Below the pieces are notes generated by a model. It made no database searches, was not told the origin of the DNA, and saw only the letters and a program-made list of their open reading frames with translations. From NCBI GenBank assembly GCA_965285935.1, contig OZ260667.1, positions 55,304,001-55,368,000 on the forward strand: a DNA stretch of 64,000 bases, written 5' to 3'. Position 1 is the stretch's first letter. The number at the start of each line of letters is the position of its first letter. Positions 50,077 through 62,000 of this stretch are shown here, piece after piece. The stretch is from Ophelia neglecta (taxonomy: Eukaryota). A program made the position numbers and the translations under genes.

Positions 50077-53000
50077 TTACTTCAAGGCTTTATTCAGCGA
50101 TTTTAGAATAGAAATGGTACTTCCTCTGTATCCTCCACCAAAGTGGTTCCTGAAATAAAACCCAATAACTTCCTTATGAATTCATAACTTTTCTGTTAAT
50201 CAAACATATTTTACACTGGGACATGCTGGCAGCGCTACCGTTCGGAAATTCCTAGAAGCCATATGAATACAGTATTGATCTATTTTAAAATAAATTTAGA
50301 AATAGAACACAATAAATTCCTTATGAATTCATAACTTTTCTGTTAATTAAACATATTTTACACTGGGACATGCTGGCAGCACTACCGTTCGGAAATTCCT
50401 AGAAGCTATATGAATACAGTATTGATCTATTAAAAGCGCCTCCTGGTGTGAAACCAGTGTGACACTTCTGTGACACTGGAGTGAAACCAGTGTGTCACTA
50501 GTGTGTCACTAGTGTGATACTTGTGAGGCACTAGTGTGACACTAGTGTGATACTAGTGTGACACTAGTGTGTCACTTCAGCAAACTAGTGTGCTGCCATA
50601 CACTAAACATGCAAGTACACTAGCTAGTGGCACACTAGTGTAGCACTAAAAATGCTGTTCACTGATTGAAGCCTTTAACTAGATCACAAAGGTTAATACA
50701 AATAAAAGTAAAAATAACTATAGGATGCAAAAGATATCATTAATCTGCTCCAATAGATGAATAAAAACAGACACAGATTATGCTACATGCACATTACACA
50801 AACAATATTACTGTTATGGTGAAAATGTGTCAGCTGGTTTAAATTCACCTTTTAGAAAAAAAAATGACACTTAGCATTTTTTTTCAATTTTGTGCCTAGA
50901 GAAAATTAGGGATATATACATACATTCGAATATGATATTAACAAGTTTTAATTTCGGACCAAGCTGTTATTCGCCAAATTCTCTTATTTCAACAAATGCT
51001 AACATTTTTACCATTACAGTATCTGATGTATCAAGGTAGATAGAAAAATACACAAGGATTATTTAAAAGCTCTAATGGCAAATAAATCCACAAGTTTGGA
51101 CCTTGGTACAAAAAGTCTTACGGAATTGTTGTCCTGATAAAGTGTTCAAGTGGGCAATTTAAGGTAGACACTTTTCACATGCAGGAAGTTTACTCAGGAA
51201 TATACTGTCCACCAGGTGTCTGCACCAGTTTAGTTCGCAAAACACTACAGTAATTTTGTAGAGTAATAAACAAGATGAAGATATTAGCCATAAATTTTTA
51301 CTAATACTGAAAAAGTAATGATCTCCTAACTGTTAATGAAATTCCAGCTAAATTGGAAGGTACTGAGAGAAAAACTGGATGGTATAATATGATGACATTT
51401 TTGCTATTTTTATGCAATTGAGCACAATTTATTTGATTGAAAGCTGACGGTCAGGTATCTGCGTAGGTTGATATTGACTTAATTACTTGTCGGTCTTCTA
51501 ACTCATATTGCTCGTTTATGCTTATATGAATAATTCAGGTGGAATATTGTGGAGCCAAAAACAGATAATGTTGACAAACCTAAATATATTAAGCTATGGA
51601 ACCAAACAACGGTTTAGTGACTAATGGCTTTGCTTTGCCTGTCAGGTATAGACTTCTGTTTTCTTTAGATAAGGGACTTGCGCTAGTCATTACGATGATA
51701 GTATCCATCATTGGTAGACTAAATGGACAATGTCCTCACAATTTTCTTTTTAGTTCATAAAGAGCCATTGTTCTAACGACTGACTTTGTAATTGTAGATC
51801 AAGGTCAAACTTTTAAAGCAGCATCAATCTCCTGTACACATTTCACTATATAGTATGCTTCCAATACATTTTCATTTCCAAATGTTTTCCTAGAGGCAGA
51901 GATTAAGCAGTACATGGCATAGTGGTTTGACCTTAAAATTGTAGACCAAAGTTAACCATATTCTATTTCCTACATGCTTCAAATATCTTTCTTACCACTT
52001 TCTATCAAGAGAGAAAAATGAGAGAATTAAAGCGGGAAAAAGTACTTATTTTTGTCCTTTTTTTGCTTGTATGATCAACGTAATATTCTAGAGGTGTAAG
52101 ATTTGGAACATTTTGAAAATGAAAAAGATTAAACTGGATAGGGGCAGAACTCCCATAACACTGGCTGAAATAAGAAATCAAATCAAATCAAATACAAACC
52201 AGTGGTTAAGGAAGTGGTGAAGATAGTAGTACAAACCAGTGGTCAAGGTAGTGATGAATGTAGAAGTACAAACCAGTGGTTAAGGGAGTGATGAAAGTAG
52301 TAGTACAAACCAGTGGTTAAGGAAGTGGTGAAGATAGTAGTACAAACCAGTGGTCAAGGTAGTGATGAATGTAGAAGTACAAACCAGTGGTTAAGGGAGT
52401 GATGAAAGTAGTAGTACAAACCAGTGGTTAAGGTAGTGGGGAAGATAATAGTACAAACCAGTGGTCAAAGTAGTGGTGAAGATAGTATTACAAACCAGTG
52501 GTTAAGGTAGTGGTGAAGATAGTAGTACAAACCAGTGGTTAAGGAAGTGGTGAAGATAATAGTATAAACCAGTGGTTAAGGTAGTGGTGAAGATAATAGT
52601 ACAAACCAGTGGTTAAGGAAGTGGTGAATGTAGTAGTACAAACCAGTGGTTAAGGTAGTGGTGAAGGTAGTAGTACAAACCAGTGGTCAAGGTAGTGGTG
52701 AAGATAGTAGTACAAACCAGTGGTTAAGGAAGTGGTAAAGATAGTAGTACAATCCAGTGGTTAAGGAAGTGGTTAAGATAGTAGTACAAACCAGTGGTCA
52801 AGGTAGTGGTGAAGATAATAGTACAAACCAGTGGTTAAGGAAGTGGGGAAGGTAGTAGTACAAACCAGTGGTCAAGGTAGTGGTGAAGATAGTAGTACAA
52901 ACCAGTGGTTAAGGTAGTGGTGAAGATAGTAGTACAAACCAGTGGTTAAGGAAGTGGTAAAGATAGTAGTACAATCCAGTGGTTAAGGAAGTGGTTAAGA

Positions 53001-56000
53001 TAGTAGTACAAACCAGTGGTCATGGTAGTGGTGAAGATAATAGTACAAACCAGTGGTTAAGGAAGTGGTGAAGATAATAGTACAAACCAGTGGTTAAGGT
53101 AGTGGTGAAGGTAGTAGTACAAACCAGTGGTTAAGGTAGTGGTGAAGGTAGTAGTACAAACCAGTGGTCAAGGTAGTGGTGAAGATAGTAGTACAAACCA
53201 GTGGTTAAGGTAGTGGTGAAGGTAGTAGTACAAACCAGTGGTTAAGGAAGTGGTGAAGGTAGTAGTACAAACCAGTGGTTAAGGAAGTGGTGAAGATAGT
53301 ATTACAAACCAGTGGTTAAGGTAGTGGTGAAGATAGTAGTACAAACCAGTGGTTAAGGTAGTGGTGAAGGTAGTAGTACAAACCAGTGGTTAAGGTAGTG
53401 GTGAAGATAGTAGTACAAACCAGTGGTTAAGGAAGTGGTGAAGGTAGTAGTACAAACCAGTGGTTAAGGTAGTGGTGAAGGTAGTAGTATAAACCAGTGG
53501 TTAAGGAAGTGGTGAAGATAATAGTACAAACCAGTGGTCAAGGTAGTGGTGAAGGTAGTAGTATAAACCAGTGGTTAAGGTAGTAGTGAAGATAGTAGTA
53601 CAAACCAGTGGTTAAGGTAGTAGTGAAGGTAGTAGTACAAACCAGTGGTTAAGGAAGTGGTGAAGGTAGTAGTATAAACCAGTGGTTACGACAGTGATAA
53701 ACGTAGTGGTACAAACCAGTGGTTAAGGTAGTGGAAGAGCTGGTACAGCTCCAGCCTTTCCTTGTATCCTGGTTTCTTGGGGATCAGTTTATGGTAAGAT
53801 GAGAAGAATTGTGAAGAGAACCCTCCGAACATCTGTGCTATGGCCAAGTCGTACTCATCATGACCATAAAAGGAGGCAGGGTCAAACACAACTGCAGAGA
53901 AAAACATGAAATAGACATTAAGAAAGTATGGTGTTGATTTGTGGCTAATTTTCTTCCGATGATATAGTTCAAGGGTGGGTGTGTTGGGAAGCAGTCAGGG
54001 GAATTGTAGGTGAAGAGCGTGTATTGTTGTATTGACGTTGTGTGACTGTCGCAGGGGGGTACATTTTTGGCACCTGTGTGTGGGGGGAGGGAGGGGGGCG
54101 TGCTTGCTTATAGAGCCCATCATGTTAAAGGATGTCATAAATCTACAGCATCCTGTGTAGGGGAGTCAAGTATCATTAAATGGCTGTTGTGTGCTTTTTT
54201 ATGCACAATATTTCCAGGAAAATAGCTGGGTAAACCGCTGGAAAAGCAGCTGGGATTAGTGCAGCAAGTGGGCTGGCAGTAGACAGCCCAGTGTCAGGGA
54301 GCAGCTGGGAAACTGGAAGCACTGGAATTGGAGGGGAATTGGAGGGGAATGGCTGTTTGATCGACAAGACTTTCAGTTGCCACTGTATGGTCCTTATCCA
54401 CGAGACTTAACTCACCTGGCCCGTCATTTATCTCCGCTGCATTTCCTCCCCAGAGGTCGCCATGTAACAGCGATGGAATGACCTCAATGTCCTTGAACAG
54501 TTGTGGTAACTTAGGTAACAAACTGGTCCAGAGCGCTCTTGCTTCACTATCACGGTACTGCAATAAATAGAAATCAAAATATATATAAAAAGGAAAAGAT
54601 GAATAAAAAGCTTGTAGCCCCTGGTGCTACACTCACGCCTCTACTTGTATTGGTGTTCCTTCCTATAAAATCATAACCTTTCTGTCAGTGTTCGACTTTT
54701 CAAGTTAACTCATTCGGTCCTATGCCTTAACAGACTTTCCTATACAAGCAAAGGCAAAGGGACAGCAAAGGGACCTTTCAACAGATTGGGCAGTCAAAGA
54801 GTCAAGGGGAGGTGGGGGTGGGGGTGGGGGGGGTGGGAGGGCGCAGTTGGAAAGAAGTTTGGGGGGGGGGGGGGAGAGGGAGGTGCACAGACTAGGGTTG
54901 TAAGGTCAGAGTGCCACATTTAAGTTAACAGTAAATGAAATTCAATTAAACAAATGTCCAATCCTGAGTGACAAAAAATGAAGACTTTTGGTCATTTAAA
55001 AAGGCTGATCCCAAGGGTCAGAAGCCCCCCCCTCTCCTCTTAATACTACTACAGGTGACACACACAAACACAATATCAATACTACTCACCTCTTGTTCAA
55101 TCATGTCCAGCTGAGGTGTCAACTTATGCTGGGTGTAAAACTCCTGTAAAGAAAAAAAGCAAAAGCCTGAAGAAATTAACATACGAAACACAAATGGGGC
55201 AGAGGAGAGTGGGTGATGGGTGACTCCTTCCAGAAGGGATACTGACCAATCAAATGGACGTGGAGAGAGACCTAAAAAAGTTAACAATTCTACAGTAGTA
55301 TGATACTTTTTTCTTTTGCTTCTGTTTTCATTTTCATAGTGACACCTACCACTTTATCTGGAGAAACAACTTGTAAAAGTTAAATTCAATCCTTTTGGCT
55401 GGGAGTTGCCTGCTGCACTCTGTATTATTGTTGCAGGTTATTGGTGAAATAAATCTGTTGGTAGACACATATACAGCTTATAATAGACTGATGGTTGCTT
55501 GGAACCACAACACTACTCACATTGGTTGTTTTGTCATACTACTTTAAAGGATCCAAGTTGCTTACCAACCAATTTGTCTCCCATGTATTGGGCTGTGGGA
55601 TGAAACCACAACATGTGGGAATATGGAATCCAAAGCGAGGCTCAAACTCTCCGCCCTCTGATTGGTCAGTCTTGTGGACACTGCTGGACTGGGCTTCCTC
55701 TTTGTCTTTAAGAGACCGATTGTGGAGATGCAATCTGAAACCAAATTTCAGCTTAGATAATGTGAGATTATGCCAAAATAATATTACAAATCTTTTGTTT
55801 TTGGTCTGAAATATTTATCTGGTACATGCTGAAGAAATAGTTAGAGAGACTTTACCACTTCATTTTAAGTTTTCCATAATTTTGATGCCAATTAATTTTT
55901 CAATTAAACTAACATAAAGCAAGGTATGCCAGTTTGGGACATTTTTCCATATGCAATTTACATATTACTGCGCTGCACCCATACTCCTATATTAGCCCCT

Positions 56001-59000
56001 GCTCAGCCCCATACTCACTGGGCTAGTCGTGTTCCCAGATCCCCAGCATACTTCCTGTTCCTATATTAGCCCCTGCTCAGCCCCATACTCACTGGGCTAG
56101 TCGTGTTCCCAGATCCCCAGCACACTTCCTGTTCCTATATTAGCCCCTGCTCAGCCCCATACTCACTGGGCTAGTCGTGTTCCCAGATCCCCAGCATACT
56201 TCCTGTTCCTATATAAGCCCCTGCTCAGCCCAATACTCACTGGGCTAGTCGTGTTCCCAGATCCCCAGCACACTTCCTGTTCCTATATTAGCCCCTGCTC
56301 AGCCCCATACTCACTGGGCTAGTCATGTTCCCAGATCCCCAGCACACTTCCTGTTCCTATATTAGACCCTGCTCAGCCCCATACTCACTGGGCTAGTCGT
56401 GTTCCCAGATCCCCAGCACACTTCCTGTTCCTATATTAGACCCTGCTCAGCCCCATACTCACTGGGCTAGTCGTGTTCCCAGATCCCCAGCATACTTCCT
56501 GTTCCTATATTAGACCCTGCTCAGCCCCATACTCACTGGGCTAGTCATGTTCCCAGATCCCCTGCATACTTCCTGTTCCTATATTAGCCCCTGCTCAGCC
56601 CCATACCCACTGGGCTAGTCATGTTCCCAGATCCCCTGCATACTTCCTGTTCCTATATTAGCCCCTGCTCAGCCCCATACTCACAGGGCTAGTCGTGTTC
56701 CCAGATCAGCCCCTGCTCAGCCCCATACTCACTGGGCTAGTCATGTTCCCAGATCCCCTGCATACTTCCTGTTCCTATATTAGCCCCTGCTCAGCCCCAT
56801 ACTCTCTGGGCTAGTCGTGTTCCCTGATCAGCCCCTGCTCAGCCCCATACTCACTGGGCTAGTCGTGTTCCCAGATCAGCCCCTGCCCAGCCCCATACTC
56901 ACTGGGCTAGTCGTGTTCCCAGATCCCCTGCATACTTCCTGTTCCTATATTAGCCCCTGCTCAGCCCCATACTCACTGGGCTAGTCATGTTCCCAGATCC
57001 CCTGCATACTTCCTGTTCCTATATTAGCCCCTGCTCAGCCCCGTACTCACTGGGCTAGTCGTGTTCCCTGATCAGCCCCTGCTCAGCCCCATACTCTCTG
57101 GGCTAGTCGTGTTCCCTGATCAGCCCCTGCTCAGCCCCATACTCACTGGGCTAGTCGTGTTCCCAGATCAGCCCCTGCCCAGCCCCATACTCACTGGGCT
57201 AGTCGTGTTCCCAGATCCCCTGCATACTTCCTGTTCCTATATTAGCCCCTGCTCAGCCCCATACTTACTGGGCTAGTCATGTTCCCAGATCCCCTGCATA
57301 CTTCCTGTTCCTATATTAGCCCCTGCTCAGCCCCGTACTCACTGGGCTAGTCATGTTCCCAGATCAGCCCCTGCCCAGCCCCATATTCACTGGGCTAGTC
57401 ATGTTCCCAGATCCCCTGCATACTTCCTGTTCCTATATTAGCCCCTGCTCAGCCCCGTACTCACTGGGCTAGTCGTGTTCCCTGATCAGCCCCTGCTCAG
57501 CCCCATACTCTCTGGGCTAGTCTTGTTCCCTGATCAGCCCCTGCTCAGCCCCATACTCACTGGGCTAGTCGTGTTCCCAGATCAGCCCCTGCCCAGCCCC
57601 ATACTCACTGGGCTAGTCGTGTTCCCAGATCCCCTGCATACTTCCTGTTCCTATATGAGCCCCTGCTCAGCCCCATACTCACTGGGCTAGTCATGTTCCC
57701 AGATCCCCTGCATACTTCCTGTTCCTATATTAGCCCCTGCTCAGCCCCATACTCACTGGGCTAGTCGTGTTCCCAGATCCCCTGCACACTTCCTCTTCCT
57801 ATATTAGCCCCTGCTCAGCCCCATACTCACTGGGCTAGTGGTGTTCCCAGATCCCCAGCACACTTCCTGTTCCTATATTAGCCCCTGCTCAGCCCCATAC
57901 TCACTGGGCTAGTAATGTTCCCAGATCCCCTGCATACTTCCTGTTCCTATATTAGCCCCTGCTCAGCCCCATACTCTCTGGGCTAGTCATGTTCCCAGAT
58001 CCCCTGCATACTTCCTGTTCCTATATTAGCCCCTGCTCAGCCCCATACTCACTGGGCTAGTTGTGTTCCCAGATCAGCCCCTGCCCAGCCCCATACTCAC
58101 TGGGCTAGTCGTGTTCCCAGATCCCCTGCATACTTCCTGTTCCTATATTAGCCCCTGCTCAGCCCCATACTCACTGGGCTAGTCATGTTCCCAGATCCCC
58201 TGCATACTTCCTGTTCCTATATTAGCCCCTGCTCAGCCCCATACTCTCTGGGCTAGTCGTGTTCCCAGATTAGCCCCTGCTCAGCCCCGTACTCACTGGG
58301 CTAGTCATGTTCCCAGATCCCCAGCACACTTCCTGTTCCTATATTAGCCCCTGCTCAGCCCCATACTCACTGGGCTAGTGGTGTTCCCAGATCCCCTGCA
58401 TACTTCCTGTTCCTATATTAGCCCCTGCCCTGCCCCATACTCACTGGGCTAGTCGTGTTCCCAGATCCCCTGCATACTTCCTGTTCCTATATTAGCCCCT
58501 GCCCTGCCCCATACTCACTGGGCTAGTCGTGTTCCCAGATCCCCAGCACACTTCCTGTTCCTATATTAGCCCCTGCTCAGCCCCATACTCACTGGGCTAG
58601 TGGTGTTCCCAGATCCCCTGCATACTTCCTCTTCCTATATTAGCCCCTGCTCAGCCCCATACTCACTGGGCTAGTCATGTTCCCAGGTCCCCTGCATACT
58701 TCCTCTTCCTATATTAGCCCCTGCTCAGCCCCATACTCACTGGGCTAGTCGTGTTCCCAGATCCCCAGCACACTTCCTGTTCCTATATTAGCCCCTGCTC
58801 AGCCCCATACTCACTGGGCTAGTCATGTTCCCAGGTCCCCTGCATACTTCCTGTTCCTATATTAGCCCCTGCTCAGCCCCATACTCACTGGGCTAGTGGT
58901 GTTCCCAGATCCCTTGCACACTTCCTGTTCCTATATTAGCCCCTGCTCAGCCCCATACTCACTGGGCTAGTCGTGTTCCCAGATCATCCCCTGCTCAGCC

Positions 59001-62000
59001 CCATACTCACTGGGCTAGTCGTGTTCCCAGATCCCCAGCACACTTCCTGTTCCTATATTAGCCCCTGCTCAGCCCCATACTCACTGGGCTAGTAATGTAC
59101 CCAGAACCCCTGCATACTTCCTGTTCCTATATTAGACCCTGCTCAGCCCCATACTCACTGGGCTGGTCGTGTTCCCAGATCCCTTGCATACTTCCTGTTC
59201 CTATATTAGCCCCTGCTCAGCCCCATACTCACTGGGCTAGTCGTGTTCCCAGATCCCCTGCATACTTCCTGTTCCTATATTAGCCCCTGCTCAGCCCCAT
59301 ACTCACTGGGCTAGTCGTGTTCCCAGATCCCCTGCATACTTCCTGTTCCTATATTAGCCCCTGCTCAGCCCCATACTCACTGGGCTAGTCGTGTTCCCAG
59401 ATCCCCTGCATACTTCCTGTTCCTATATTAGCCCCTGCTCAGCCCCATACTCTCTGGGCTAGTCATGTTCCCAGATCCCCTGCATACTTCCTGTTCCTAT
59501 ATTAGCCCCTGCTCAGCCCCATACTCACTGGGCTAGTCGTGTTCCCAGATCAGCCCCTGCCCAGCCCCATACTCACTGGGCTAGTCGTGTTCCCAGATCC
59601 CCTGCATACTTCCTGTTCCTATATTAGCCCCTGCTCAGCCCCATACTCACTGGGCTAGTCATGTTCCCAGATCCCCTGCATACTTCCTGTTCCTATATTA
59701 GCCCCTGCTCAGCCCCATACTCTCTGGGCTAGTCGTGTTCCCAGATTAGCCCCTGCTCAGCCCCGTACTCACTGGGCTAGTCATGTTCCCAGATCCCCAG
59801 CACACTTCCTGTTCCTATATTAGCCCCTGCTCAGCCCCATACTCACTGGGCTAGTGGTGTTCCCAGATCCCCTGCATACTTCCTGTTCCTATATTAGCCC
59901 CTGCCCTGCCCCATACTCACTGGGCTAGTCGTGTTCCCAGATCCCCTGCATACTTCCTGTTCCTATATTAGCCCCTGCCCTGCCCCATACTCACTGGGCT
60001 AGTCGTGTTCCCAGATCCCCAGCACACTTCCTGTTCCTATATTAGCCCCTGCTCAGCCCCATACTCACTGGGCTAGTGGTGTTCCCAGATCCCCTGCATA
60101 CTTCCTCTTCCTATATTAGCCCCTGCTCAGCCCCATACTCACTGGGCTAGTCATGTTCCCAGGTCCCCTGCATACTTCCTCTTCCTATATTAGCCCCTGC
60201 TCAGCCCCATACTCACTGCGCTAGTCGTGTTCCCAGATCCCCAGCACACTTCCTGTTCCTATATTAGCCCCTGCTCAGCCCCATACTCACTGGGCTAGTC
60301 ATGTTCCCAGGTCCCCTGCATACTTCCTGTTCCTATATTAGCCCCTGCTCAGCCCCATACTCACTGGGCTAGTGGTGTTCCCAGATCCCTTGCACACTTC
60401 CTGTTCCTATATTAGCCCCTGCTCAGCCCCATACTCACTGGGCTAGTCGTGTTCCCAGATCATCCCCTGCTCAGCCCCATACTCACTGGGCTAGTCGTGT
60501 TCCCAGATCCCCAGCACACTTCCTGTTCCTATATTAGCCCCTGCTCAGCCCCATACTCACTGGGCTAGTAATGTACCCAGAACCCCTGCATACTTCCTGT
60601 TCCTATATTAGACCCTGCTCAGCCCCATACTCACTGGGCTGGTCGTGTTCCCAGATCCCTTGCATACTTCCTGTTCCTATATTAGCCCCTGCTCAGCCCC
60701 ATACTCACTGGGCTAGTCGTGTTCCCAGATCCCCTGCATACTTCCTGTTCCTATATTAGCCCCTGCTCAGCCCCATACTCACTGGGCTAGTCGTGTTCCC
60801 AGATCCCCTGCATACTTCCTGTTCCTATATTAGCCCCTGCTCAGCCCCATACTCACTGGGCTAGTAATGTTCCCAGGTCCCCTGCATACTTCCTCTTCCT
60901 ATATTAGCCCCTGCTCAGCCACATACTCACTGGGCTAGTCGTGTTCCCAGATCCCCAGCACACTTCCTGTTCCTATATTAGCCCCTGCTCAGCCCCATAC
61001 TCACTGGGCTAGTAATGTTCCCAGGTCCCCTGCATACTTCCTCTTCCTATATTAGCCCCTGCTCAGCCCCATACTCACTGGGCTAGTCGTGTTCCCAGAT
61101 CAGCCCCTGCCCAGCCCCATACTCACTGGGCTAGTCATGTTCCCAGATCCCCAGCACACTTCCTGTTCCTATATTAGCCCCTGCTCAGCCCCATACTCAC
61201 TGGGCTAGTCATGTTCCCAGGTCCCCTGCATACTTCCTCTTCCTATATTAGCCCCTGCTCAGCCCCATACTCACTGGGCTAGTCATGTTCCCAGATCCCC
61301 AGCACACTTCCTGTTCCTATATTAGCCCCTGCTCAGCCTCATACTCACTGGGCTAGTCGTGTTCCCAGATCATCCCCTGCTCAGCCCCATACTCACTGGG
61401 CTAGTCGTGTTCCCAGATCCCCTGCATACTTCCTGTTCCTATATTAGCCCCTGCCCTGCCCCATACTCACTGGGCTAGTCGTGTTCTCAGATCCCCTGCA
61501 TACTTCCTGTTCCTATATTAGCCCCTGCTCAGCCCCATACTCACTGGGCTAGTCGTGTTCCCAGATCCCCTGCATACTTCCTGTTCCTATATTAGCCCCT
61601 GCTCAGCCCCATACTCACTGGGCTAGTGGTGTTCCCAGAACCCCTGCATACTTCCTGTTCCTATATTAGCCCCTGCTCAGCCCCATACTCACTGGGCTAG
61701 TGGTGTTCCCAGATCCCCTGCATACTTCCTGTTCCTATATTAGCCCCTGCTCAGCCCCATACTCACTGGGCTAGTGGTGTTCCCAGATCCCCTGCATACT
61801 TCCTGTTCCTATATTAGCCCCTGCTCAGCCCCATACTCACTGGGCTAGTCGTGTTCCCAGATCCCCTGCATACTTCCTGTTCCTATATTAGCCCCTGCTC
61901 AGCCCCATACTCACTGCGCTAGTCGTGTTCCCAGATCCCCAGCACACTTCCTGTTCCTATATTAGCCCCTGCTCAGCCCCATACTCACTGGGCTAGTCGT

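Noticed and set aside
52193-53734. CRISPR-like array (37-bp periodic repeats)
   Set aside because: No unique spacers, no cas genes, and a eukaryotic intron context; the monomers are head-to-tail copies of an exon junction.
57061-60759. Plus-strand ORFs of 62-71 aa within the array
   Set aside because: By-products of repeat periodicity, antisense to FN3K.
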